From: the human T2T-CHM13v2.0 reference genome, Homo sapiens | Length of the DNA: 64,000 nt | Reading direction: 5' to 3' (one strand) | Assembly: GCF_009914755.1 (NCBI RefSeq) | Contig: NC_060931.1 | Shown: piece after piece, positions 13,145-25,127 of the stretch | Layout: the number at the start of each line of letters is the position of its first letter | Numbering within the stretch: position 1 is the stretch's first letter | Made by a program: the position numbers and the translations under genes | Notes under the pieces: model-generated | Told to the model about the DNA's origin: nothing | The model's database searches: none | The model's input: the letters and a program-made list of their open reading frames with translations, nothing else

Positions 13145-13870
13145 CCCAACCCTGACCCTGAGTCTACCATGTCGCCAAGCTATGCCTCCAGACCCTGAGT
13201 CCACCATGCAGCCTAGCCATGCCCCTGACCCTGACCCTGACCCTGAGTCCACTAGGCAGTCTAGCCATACTCCTGACTGTAAGCCTGAGTCCACCAAGCA
13301 GCCTGGCCATGCCCTGAGCCTGACCCTGAGCCCACCAGGTAGATGATCCATATCCCAAACCCTAAGTCCACCATGTAGCTCCGCTATGCCCCTGACACTG
13401 ACTCTGAGTCCACCGTGCAGCTGAGCCACACCCAACGGGAACCCTGAGTGAGCCATGTAGCCGAGCCATGCCCCTGACCCTGTGTCCACCATGTAACTGA
13501 GCTATGCCTGACACTGACCCTGAGTCCACCATGCAGCTGAGCCATACCCAACTGGGACCCTGGGTGAGCCATGCAGCTGAGCCATGCCCCTGACCCTGAG
13601 TCTACCATGCAGATGAGCCATGCCCCGACCCTGAGTCTACCATAAAGCCAAGGCACAACCCTGACTCTGACCCTGAGTCCACCAAACAGCAAAGCTATGC
13701 CCCCTGAACCTGACCATGAGTCCACCATACAGCTGAGCTATGTCCCTGACCCTGAGTCCACCGTGAAACTGAGCCTTGCCTGTGACCCTGACCCTGAGAA
13801 CACAGTGGGGCTGAGCCATGCCCCTGACCCTGAGAACATGGTGGGGTTGAGCCACAACCCTGACCCTGTC
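13145..13870. repeat. Degenerate minisatellite, ~18 units of ~36-48 bp (core CCCTGAGTCCACCATGCAGCTGAGCCATGCCCCTGA plus variable CCCTGA hexamers)
   Basis: Recurrent unit seen directly; explains the repetitive ORFs at 12941-13998. Confidence 0.92.
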
Positions 13871-14995
13871 CCTGCGTGTGCCACACAGGGCACTTGCTGA
13901 GTGCCCTTTTCATTTGAGACACTAAACCTTGAAATAGGTATTTTGGTGCAGGATTGAAATACGAGAGCATCAAGCATTGGGACCCTGCCCAGGGTCATCT
14001 ACTGGTCAGTGTCAGGGGCACTGAACGGGTCTGACCAGCAAAACCCACGTTCTGCTTTGTGCTCATTTTTTTCAGCAGATGAAGGGTGATGAGCTAAACC
14101 TGCCTAAACTCACTTATTCCTGAAGCTACAGAGGGGAAGATCCTGCCTTCAACCTCCCAGGTGGTTTGGGCAGATGAAGAAAATGTCTTGCTTCTAGGGA
14201 CATGGGCACCACAGAGAGGCATGGGGGCCCTGCTCGGGGAGCATCCTGGGAAAGCAGCCAGGCTGGTCTGAGTGTCCCCTGCCGGCCTGTCTGCTGTGAT
14301 GGCTGCTGCCATCATGCTGCTGCCACGGTTGATGCCAACGTGCCTCCTCAACCACACAATACAAAATAATTGCATCTGAAATGCTCTGTTCCTAGGCCAC
14401 AGGCTGCACTCAGGGATGGCATTCTGGAGGGAGGGAGACAGGAACAGCCCTGTGGCTGCTCTGTTCCATGCTTATGCTGGGCATTCAGTAAAGATCCACA
14501 TGGAGAACATCTGCTCCAGCATAACTGGCTCAGTAACAGCTCAGGCGTAAGTCATTTGAAATTGGCCAACGGAAATAGTACATATCAAGGTCATACGCTC
14601 ACCTGAAAGGAAATGACCCTCTGTTAAAACAATAGGTTCCAAGATCATTGGACTCTGATCATAGTATCAGAGTGTTTTTAAGGAACTGAGTTAAAAGATT
14701 TTTTGCATTTGCAATTATGTGTGTATGTGTGTAATTTTAAAACGCCAAACGTCTTTTTTTATTTTATTTTACTGATTTCTAAGAAAAATAGCCTTGCAAA
14801 CAAATGCTAAGAGTTCCTATGTGGTTCCCAGGACGTATTTAATGACAGAAAAATACCTAGACAGACCCTGGGTGACTCATGACCTCAAAGACGGCTAATG
14901 ATTTACCTGGATGACTACTCACACTAGGGAAGAACAAGAGGAACGTGACAGCCCCGCCCCTGCTGGACGGCTCCTGCCTCCCTCTAGGCACTCAC

Positions 14996-15164
14996 TTCCT
15001 CTGATTGTCTGTCAGGGTGATGCCCTGGGCTGACACCTTGAAGTGCACAACTGTGGACACAGGTGGAGGCTCCTGGACCAGGGTGATGCTCAGGGCCTTC
15101 TGGATCGCCTGGTGGCCGGTGAGGGACTCCATCTCCACAGAGTTCAAGTACCACACATTGCAGG
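14996..15164 (-). CDS. TNS3: TNS3 coding exon, 169 nt, phase 1-2: [27 protein letters not shown]...[15 protein letters not shown]
   Basis: Acceptor TTCCAG|CC and donor GAA|GTGAGT. Confidence 0.97.
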
Positions 15165-16276
15165 CTGGAAGACACCAAGGGAGACACATGTTAGTTGCAA
15201 CTATTGGGACAGGTGTGTCCTGTTAACACACAGGCAGTTGCTGATGTGCAGACTGGGTTTATGAACAACTTGCGCATGTGGCCTATGCTGGGTGCATGTA
15301 AGGCAGATGGCCTTTGCCCCTAATTCTGAAAACATGAACAGTGAGTGCTCCAAGGATGCACTTACTCCCATGTCAAGGCAGAGAATAAGCGAGTTACTAG
15401 AGCAAAGCAGACCCGCCTGGTGTGGCTTTGCCTTCCCACCAGCCAGAGGGAGCTTTCTATTCGCCCTGCAGCAGTATTAAACCCTCGTGTCCCAGGTGGA
15501 GCCCAAGGCACCTTCTCTGGTCTCAGGGTGGGTATGGACAACAGTCACATTAATATGAAACCCAACTACTGTTATAGGTAAGGAGCCCAGAGGCCCTTGA
15601 GAAACAACCATGAGGGAAGCATGTGTCCTCAAATCCTGGTTGCCAAGAGAAGGAATGGCTTGCAGTGAGCTCAGAGAACAGGCTGGAAAAAGCCAAAAGT
15701 GGCCCGGCCTCACCTGTGTCCTGGCTCCCCATGCTGCCAAGGGAGAGCTGTGGGTCTTGTCCCTGACCATCTCCTCTTGGGAGAAGAAAAACAACTGGGC
15801 TCCATAACAACCCTTCTTTCCCTTCTAGCCTGTGACCCTGCAGTTCAAGCATAAGTGCACGTGTGACTTTGGGGCATGGGTGAAATTGAGGTGTTCCAAG
15901 ACATCCAGCCTTAGCCTGAAGCTCATTCACTGAAGTAAACCAGGGCCTCTCCTGCCCAAAGGCTGAGTAGGCTTCCTCCTGAGGAACAGAACTGCCCTCA
16001 CTCACTTGCCCCTTGTCTACTGTATACATGTCCCTCTATGTGAGCATGTGGGTGTCTTAATTCCGTGGTTAAAGGCCTCTAAAGTTTCACTTAACAGAAA
16101 AAGAGTGTTTTCCCACAGTCTACAGCAACACATCTCAGCACTCGGATGCACGGTACGCGCTGGGTAGTGTTGTCTCCCTCGGCCGTGTCCTCCTGGGGTA
16201 GGCAGCCCTGGGAAGCAGCTCCATTTTCTCTTTGCCTTTAAGTCTGACTTTTCAGAACCAGCAAGGGCCATGCCTA

Positions 16277-16410
16277 TTGGCAGGTGTGTTGGCAGGTGCA
16301 CAGACAGATGTGTTGGCAGGTGGTTTGGCAGGTATGTTGGTAGACGTTCTGGCAGATGTGTTGGCAGGTGCACTGGAAGGTGTGCTGGCAGGTGGTCTGA
16401 CAGGTGTGCC
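16277..16410. repeat. 12-bp period tandem repeat (TGGCAGGTGTGT-like), ~11 units
   Basis: CAGGTG, CAGATG or a variant recurs every 12 bp from 16281 to 16401. Confidence 0.9.
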
Positions 16411-16583
16411 ACAGGGTGCATTGACACACAAGCCCACAGATGGGCTAGGATGTCCCTGGGTGTCACAGTGCAGGGTGACTTGTGAGTTGCTGGACCATCC
16501 TTTCTATCCACCGCAAAGGCCATATTGTTTATAGCTGAAGACACTCTGAGGAATTGAGCCCACTATTTTTGATGATCACTTGG

Positions 16584-16948
16584 TGATATGGTTTGGCTCT
16601 GTCCCCACCCAAATCTCATCTTGAATTGTAGCTCCCATAATTCCCATGTGTGGTGGGAGCAACCTGGTGGGAGGTAATTGAATCATGGGGGTGGGTTTTT
16701 CCCATGCTGTTCTCGTAATAGTGAGTAAGTCTCACGAGATCTGATGATTTTATAAAGGGTAGTTCCCCTGCACATACTCTCTTGCCTGCCACCATGTAAG
16801 ATGTGCCTTTGCTCTTCCTTTGCCTTCTACCATGATCATGAGGCCTCCCCAGCCATGTGAAACTGTGAGTCCATTAAACCTCTTCTTCTTTATAAATTAC
16901 CCAGTCTCAGATATGGCTGTATTAGCATCATGAGAGCCGACTAGTATA
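16584..16948 (+). mobile_element. THE1-family (MaLR) solo LTR
   Basis: Starts TGATATGGTTTGGCTCTGTCCCCACCCAAATCTCATCTTGAATTGTAGCTCCC; perfect 5-bp TSD CTTGG at 16579-16583 and 16949-16953. Confidence 0.92.
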
Positions 16949-19900
16949 CTTGGCGATATTTATCAGGTGGATATGAAATGCCTAGAAGTAACCTAGTGGT
17001 CCCGCTTCTGAGGAGATTGAGAAAGGAAATATTCTGTAACCACATAGGATAGCTAACCTTCAGGGAAAGACATTTGTGCCACATATTCATTACAGTGGGA
17101 AAAACCAGAAACACATTAGAAATGAGAGAGGGGTGAAATTAGCTCCCTCGGTGTAATACCAAGCAACCAGCAAGCGGTAACCAGGAAAATCACATGGCAG
17201 CATGGAAAGACGTCATCAGCAATCAGCAGGGAAAGCAGAATAAAAACCACGTCTGCTATGATTAGAACGGGAAAATGAAAAGCATGTGTGCATCAGATAG
17301 GAGCTGCGAGGGAGCCTGGAGAATTCAAAACAGACTTCACGAGAGGGACAGTCCGCCTTTGATTTTATTAGCATTACTGTCATGCTGATCATGCAGTTAT
17401 GAAAGAGAGAAAAAAGGGAAAATTTTGACCTAACTACTAGGAAAATTCCACAAAATTGGCACAATCTCAATCAGTTCACACAGAACCACAGCTGCCACAA
17501 CCCAGACCCATGCTCTCTTGAAGGAGTCACAGATGGCTTTCTGATGAGGAGCAGTCTTGCTGGCTAGAGTTTGGTAGCAATCTGCTGTTTGGGGAATCTC
17601 TCTCCCCAAATGCAGGAACTATGTCATCATTCCTTAAAGCAGAGAAGAAAATGCTGCCACTAGGGAGGCTGTTCTACGGAGCACACATCAACCAACTGAC
17701 ACCAAGTGCCCCAAAGCCTCTCTCCAGCAGAGAACAGGCATGCCTGCGCCTGCCTATGATTGTCCAACTGCACCTGACCCAAGACCATCCAATGCCACTT
17801 GACAGGTGCTCTTGGCCAGAGGTGAAGATTCAGTGCCCAGTAAGAGTTACCAGGAAGGCACCCACCAGACCCATGGCATGGAGTTCTGTCAATTGCTAGG
17901 CTACTCTGGGAAAGGGACTTGATAACACAGAACAAAAGTCTGAGGCCCACATGTGGGAATTTGTCCTAAGGCAACAATCCAGATTTCAGAAAAAATAAAT
18001 AATGCAGAAAGATGGTCCTCTAAGCATTGTCTGTGGTATTAAAAATTAGAAACATGGTAAATGAACATCCATAAGGAGGTGAATTATATGATGGACTATT
18101 GTGTAGCCATGAAAAAAATGAGACCTGCATTATGTTTGTAAAAACCATGGGTAAACTTATTATGCTAAGAGAAGAGAAAAGAATCGTACAGGCAGCATGA
18201 CCCCAAGTACAAGGAAAAAGGCAGCATAGGATTGGATCTGCTTGACATCAGGAGTGGTCTTTGGGCTGGAGAACACTTTACCTGCTGTCCACTCTTCCTC
18301 CCAATATTCAGGGGCTGCATAGGGGCAACCGATCTATGAGTAGTTCATTTTTCCTTTTCTTTTATTTTCCATTTTTAAAACTTAAAGAACATATAAGACT
18401 CTATAAAAAAAAAAAAGTATACCTACCATATGCTAAAAAATGCAACTGCAACATTTCTGGGAAATCTATTAGAAGGCTACTGAAAAGAAGTAAGTCTTTC
18501 TTTTCAGGATTATATTATATTCCTCTGCTTCAACAAGAAACAATTAAGAACCGAGGCTTAAAACACAAATAGAAATTGTTTTAGAGATTGGAACAAAGGC
18601 ATAATGGCCTTAATATTTAAAAAAAGGGATTAAACTGGAGAGCATTACAAGTTTATTCCCATCTTTGTGAGTTGTCTGCTAATATTTCTGAGTTTCAGCT
18701 TCCTGAATCTTTATAACGGGGAAATTGGACATGATCATCTCAAAGAACATTGCACATCCAGGAGTCTAGGACTCTAAGTGAATTAGGACAACAGATGAAG
18801 TTCAGTTTAGGAAAGAAAACTCACTAAATTGCTGGAGGTCATCAGAGATTGCAATAATTCCACCGTCTTGCTACAATGGTTGTTCTGCACTGATTCTAAA
18901 CACCTGCAGCCAATCCTCCAGGTGAAGACGACACTAGCTGAGGGGTGGTCACTGTGACAGCCTCACTCCTCTGGTGACAGATCTGCTGTCCTGGTTCCGT
19001 GGCTTGGAATCGCGGTTAATGTAATGGACAGCAGACATTCGCAGCTCTCAATGTGTTTCAGAAATGAGATTTTTAAAGGAAAGAAGCTCAAGGCAGTCAT
19101 AATTTAAGCTTCATATATAAATGCCCAACTCAGATGATCAGATACAAACTCCAAGTTCTGAATGAAGTCTTGACTCTAAGAAGACCCACCCTTAAAAAAC
19201 ATTTGGAGTTATTGATACATTTCATACGTAATTTTAAAAGATGGAAGTGCACTTAAAAATGATAAGTCAAGATAGAAGAGAAAGTTTTAATATCTAAAAA
19301 CAAGTGCTATTAGGATGCACTGTTATGATCAACTAAATTCATTCAATTCATTTATTAATTCCACACTTACTGGGTGAATGCAGGATAACTAAGAAGCTTA
19401 AGGAGAAAAGTGAAATTGCGTGTGCCCTGGTGCTACCATATAGGGCTGAATGGGCAGGGCTGTGTCCCTGAGACAATATGGGCACAGCTGGACGTGGGAG
19501 CTGAATGCCAGGCCTAGATCTACCATTCAGGAGCCAGAGCTGCCAACTTGGGTCCTCTGTCTATGACATGGGATGACAGGACACTACACCCACACGCCCT
19601 GTGGGTGAAGGGGAGGAGACAATAAGCTGGGCAGGACAAGTGCTCTGTGCCTGTTGCTATCACCGTTCTTCTGCGCTTTCTTGAACACTGCCGATGCATA
19701 AGTTGTGATTTTAAAACCACTAATTAAAGGTTTTCAAAATTTCAAATACATTTTTAAAAGGTGCAACTGAAACAAATAAATCCATCAGAGTGGAGCTGGT
19801 TTTGTAGCCCTGTCTCCTCAGTTGAGAGTGAGTGAGCTGCTCATCAGATAGGTCTACAGTAAATTCCTGCATCCTTCTGGGCACTTCACTGGGACCCACA

Positions 19901-20094
19901 GACAGGGTCCACTGTTACTTTAACAGAAGAAAGCTAAGAACCATGATGGGCTCCAGGGACCCCCTAAAACAGATTTAGGGGCTGTGGCCCAGGACCAGCC
20001 CAGGTCCCTCACAAGGGAAAGGGTGAGGCCGGCTTCCCAGGAAAGGCCATTCCTCTTGGGCCAGAAAAATGCTCCCAAGGCATTGTCAATGTCC

Positions 20095-20230
20095 TATTCA
20101 TTTAATCTTTTCAACTGCTATGTGTGGAAATATTATTATCCCCACTGACCAGATACAAACCTCAGGTCCGCATGGCTAAGTGATTTGCCAGAGATCAAAA
20201 TCCTGAGTAGCAGAACATGGCCGGAAACCC
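20095..20230. mobile_element. MIR fragment
   Basis: tcatttaatcttttcaac...tattattatccccac...ggctaagtgatttgcc. Confidence 0.55.
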
Positions 20231-20819
20231 ATGACCACAGCTACATTTTTCATTTTGGAGCTTCGAGTTTTAGCACACTTGCAATTTGGGGCAAGCTATT
20301 TTCACCTTTGTTTTGGCCACAGATAACTTATCCTATAAGGAGAGTCTAAAATAACTTAAACACTACAAAATTCCATTCAAAACAGAGTAATTTTACTTTA
20401 GCTTGGTAACAGACACAGTGATGTATAATTTTACAGGGAAAAGCTACATAGAAGAATAATACAAATTGTAGAGGAAATAAGAAAATGCCTATACATTTCA
20501 TACACCTTCATTGTGGAGTTACACCTGTAAACTACTCTGCAGATATGAGGTACAGAATGGAGGTATTTCTAGTCCAATTTTCTACCAGACTCAGAAATTC
20601 CCTCCCCAACATTTCTGACAATAAACACCTACCTTGCATGAAAAACTTAAAACAGTTTTGAAAGTCAGGGTTTGAAAGTCAGCAGTCCCCACTGTCCTCT
20701 CTAGCTGTGTCCCTCCCTCATGGCCACAGAACCACAAGAGCCCTATGGTGTGTGGTTTGTTTACAACCTTCTTAAACTGGGGCCACTACGACTGCATCTA
20801 ATGCTGCAAAAGTAACCTG

Positions 20820-22814
20820 GCCTGGAACTAGTAAGCGATTACAGAAAGATGCTGGATACAAGGTTAATGTACAAATGGTCAACTGCTTTCCTACAGACCA
20901 GCAATAAACAAGTAAAATTTGAAATTAAATACACAATACCATTTACAGTAGCACCTCCCAAAAACTACTTACATATAAATCTAACAAACTATAGACAAGA
21001 TCTATATGAGGAACACTATTAAACTTTGATGAAAGATACAAAAAACTAAATAAATGGAGAGATATTCCATATTCATGGACAGCAGGACTCAACTTTTGCC
21101 AAGGTGTCAGTTCTTCCTAATTTCATCTATAGATTCAATGCAATCTCAATAAAAATCCCAGCAACTTATTTTGTGGATATTAACAAAGTGATTCTACAGT
21201 TAATACAGAAAGGCAAAAGATCAAAAATAGCAAACACAATATTGAAAGAGAAGAGCAAAGTTGGAGGACTGACATTATTTGACTTCCAGGATTACTATAA
21301 AGCTAAAGCAATCAAGAAAATGTGATATTGGTGAAAGAACAAATAGGTCAATTAAAGAACTCGAAAGTAGACCCACATGAATATAGTTAACTGATCTTAG
21401 ACAAAAGAGCAAAGGGAATACAACTGTGAAAAGACAGATTTTTCAACTGGTGGTACAGAAGCAACTGTACATCTGCAGGCAAAAAAATAAAAAATGAATC
21501 AAGACACAGACCTTACTTCCTTCACAAAAATTAACTTAAAACGGATCACAGACTTAAAGGTAAAATTTGAAACTATAAAATCTAGCTGGCCTTGGGTTTG
21601 GTGGTGACTTTTAAGATACAATACCAAAGTCACAATCCATAAAACAGGAAATCAATAAGCTGGATTTTATTAAAATTAAAAACTTCTGCTCTGTAGAAGA
21701 ATGAAAAGGCAAGCCATGAAATGGAAGAAAATATTTTCAAAAGGCCTATCAGGTAAAGGACTAGTGTCTAAAATACACCAAGAATTCCCAAAATTTAACA
21801 ATAAGAAAACAAAACCCAATTAAACAAACAAGCCAAAGGCCTTTATGGACACCTCACCAAAGAAGATATACAGATGGTAAATAAGCATATGAAAAGGTGC
21901 TACACATCATAAGTCATCAGAAACAATGAGATACCACTACGCTACTATTAGAAAGGCCACATTCCAGAACACTGGCAACACCAAATTCTGGAGAGGATGT
22001 GGGGCAACAAGAACTCACATTCATTGCTAGTGGGAATGCAAAATGGGACAGCCACATTGGAAGACAGTTTGCCTGTACCTTATAAAACCAAACACACTCT
22101 TACCATACAATCCAGGAATGCGCTCCTTGGTATCTACGCACAGGAGTTGAAAACTTATATCCACTCAAAAACCTGCACATGGGTGTTTAGAGCAGCATTA
22201 TTCATTACTGCCAAAACCTGAAAGCACCCACAATGTCCTTTAGTAGGTGAATGGGTTACTAAACTGATACACCCAGACAAGGAAATATTTGCTGCTAAAA
22301 AAAAATGAGCTATCAAGCCATAAAAACACATGGAGGAAACTTAAATGCATATGACTAAGTGAAAGGAGCCAACCTCAAAAGGCTATGAACTGTATGGTTT
22401 CAACTATATGACAATACTGGAAAAGTTGAAAATATGGAGACAATAAAAATATGAGTGGTTGCTTGGGGTTGGTGGGGGAGGGAGAACGAACAGAAAAGGC
22501 ACAGAGGATTTTTAGGGCAATAAAACTATTCACTATGATACTGTAACGGTGATTACCTGTCATTATGCATTTGTCCAAACCTGTAGAATGCATGACATCA
22601 AGGTGAACCTAAATATCAAGTCCCTAAACTAGGGACTCAGGTGACGAGGCTGTGTTAATGCAGGTTCATCAACCATAACATGTGCATCACTTTGCTGGGG
22701 GATGTTGACAGCGGGGAGGCTATGCGTGTATATGGTGTATCTCTGTACCTTCTTCTCCATTTTGCTGTGAATCTGTCACTGCTCTAAAAAAGAAACTCTA
22801 TGAATAATTTTTTT
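20820..22814 (+). mobile_element. 5'-truncated L1 (L1MC-like), 3' ORF2 remnant plus 3' UTR
   Basis: ORF2-like peptides (LPNFIYRFNAISIKIP; GGLTLFDF..YYKA), L1MC-type 3' end, and a degenerate TSD AAGTAACCTG (20810-20819) / AAGTGACCTG (22815-22824). Confidence 0.88.
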
Positions 22815-23253
22815 AAGTGACCTGCTCTGTCTGGCGAGCTGGTTCTTGGGTGTTGTATGTCTCACTGGGGTTGCTGGCAGTGTGGGTCAAATCATTGACT
22901 CATGTCAAGTGACTTGTTGAGTCATGTCTCTGGAACATTTTTACATTTACAGTTGCCGAGACAGATCACCCACATCCTGTCTTACTATATTTTCCCCCAA
23001 ACTAAATCCAGGGCTTGACATTTATTCCACTGAATTTAGTCTTGCTTGAGTTAGACCGGCCCATGAAGGCCTTGCTGATGTCCCAACAACTGCACCCCAC
23101 CCAGCTCTGTGCAAGCTTCTATAAAAGGAAACCTCCTTCAAGGCTCACAGAAAAGAAAGGAAACCTGAATACTGAAGTGCAAAAGGAAGTTGTGTCAGTG
23201 AGTCCTTTTTCTCCCCAGTCACCAGATGTAGAAATGGAGCTGCATTTACTGAC

Positions 23254-23331
23254 CTGCCCCCTGCTTCAACAGCTCAGCTGCTGAATTGGCTGCCGTCTGG
23301 GGAGAACTTTCTGCTATTTCCTCCAATGGAT
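23254..23331 (-). CDS. TNS3: TNS3 coding exon, 78 nt, phase 1-1: SH2-PTB linker PLEEIAESSPQTAANSAAELLKQGA
   Basis: Acceptor CCTACAG|AT and donor CAG|GTCAGT; tensin LLKQGAAC motif forms across the junction. Confidence 0.95.
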
Positions 23332-24126
23332 CTGTAGGAAGGGGCAAGAAAATACAGAAATGAGTCCTGCTCCTGACCAAGAATCCTCATGACAAAGTTA
23401 GACAATTTGATGACAGAATTCCCAGATGGTGACATGCAATGGTTTTGCAGAGTCAAGAGTTTCTCTTTGGGACAATAATTTGGCCCATAGAAACCATGAT
23501 CACATTCTGAATAAAAGTAGAGATGACAAGGCCTAACAAAATATTTTTCTAATCACCGAATTAGTCATATGAACAATGACACTTTGAAAAGTAAATCACA
23601 TTTACCTATATATTAAGTTAGACCATTTTTATGTGAAGTTGTGACTGCTTAGGAAAGTGGGACATACGGTCACATCGCCCTGACATGCTGTGGGTGTTAT
23701 TTAATTTCATTATGGATATTGTTTAACAAACATAAAAGTAAAAAGAACAGTGCATCCATCATCTAAGTTCAACAACATCAACATTTTGCCCATTCCGTAG
23801 AAACGTAAAAATTAAATGTCAATGACCCTGAAGCCTTCTTTGTCTGAGGGTTTTATATTTTTAAACTACAGAATCTTTGCTCTATAGAAATCTTTCATCA
23901 AAATCCATGATGTAAAGCTATCTGGGAGCTGTCAGTGAAGTAGAATCTCCTCTTCTCTCCTTAATTTGGATGAACTCATTGGCCTTTTCTTGGGTTCAAC
24001 CAAGAGAATACGAAAAAACTTCCAGTCTTATTATTTTTCTCAGTGGATCTTCATGGATCTCTAAAACCGGTGGCCTTGACTGCAGACAATCTACACAGAG
24101 CCTGACTAGCACTGAGGACCCCTTAC

Positions 24127-24204
24127 CTCTCTCTGGGATAAGCAGCTTGCACGGCAAGGCCAAGGGCGTGATGGAATGCTGGCACACCAAGGCCGTCAGG
24201 CTCC
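24127..24204 (-). CDS. TNS3: TNS3 coding exon, 78 nt, phase 1-1: SH2 end SLTALVCQHSITPLALPCKLLIPER
   Basis: Acceptor TTGCAG|GG and donor GAG|GTAAGG; tensin QHSITPLALPCKL motif. Confidence 0.96.
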
Positions 24205-25031
24205 CTGCAAAGTGGACAGACAGCAAACAAGAGTCAACAACTGCTGTAGATGTTGTGTGCTCAGCCAATTTATCAGCTGGAATGAAACGGATGCAAAGGC
24301 TGAGCCCTTATCTTTTTAGCAACTGGTATGTTAGATTAGTGTGCAGCTTTGTGTAAAACTTCAAAGAAGTATAAAGTTCCACAAGATAGTTGAGAGGTAA
24401 GTAAATGGAACTGTTTATCATTCTTATCATAGACACATCATTACCAAATTATATAAAGACTAAAGCATACAGTTTGTTGGATCTTGAATCAGGAGGGTTG
24501 ACATCAAGCCAACTCCAACTTCAACCATATATATTACCCCTGCACAATGCTTCTTAACAAAGCTCTAATAACAATGATGCCTAAGGCTGCACTGTGCTTT
24601 GTGTGGATTGCTCAAGTCATCTTTCCAACAAGCTCGTGAGGTAGGGAAGGCTCCCAATTTGCAGGGAAGGGAGGGTGCTCTGTTGGGAGCTCTATGTTGT
24701 TCCTTGTGCTGTGGGATAGGGTCATGCTGGAGCTCCAACCTTCTCAGGACTTACCTGCCTGCCAACTAGGATAGAATCTTATTGACGTCTGTAATTCCTA
24801 CGTCTGATATGGTGCTTTTCATTTGTTTGGTTTTGACAGAGCTTTTAAGAACAACTTCAAATCTAGTTTATCTTAAAGATAATAATGCAGATCAGCAGGA
24901 TTTCAGAACTGGGGACTGAAATATGAGTAAACCACCATAAGAGTGATAGTCCCAAATCTCAGGTTGGTGAGCAGAGGGAATCCAGGCCTCATGAGTTCAG
25001 AACATTGACAGCAACCTCTCAAGCAACTCAC

Positions 25032-25127
25032 CGAAATATGGTTCATTCGAGCACCCTTTCAACCGCACTCCCTTCGGGGTACACTCGATCAAAAAGTGCC
25101 GGACGAGTTCATTGGCCAAATCTCCAG
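25032..25127 (-). CDS. TNS3: TNS3 coding exon, 96 nt, phase 1-1: SH2 [31 protein letters not shown]
   Basis: Acceptor CCACAG|CT and donor TCG|GTGAGT. Confidence 0.96.

Noticed and set aside
12941-13998. Several repetitive ORFs and a CRISPR-like repeat appearance
   Set aside because: By-product of a minisatellite with unit lengths near multiples of 6; no constant repeat with unique spacers, no cas genes, and the DNA is eukaryotic.
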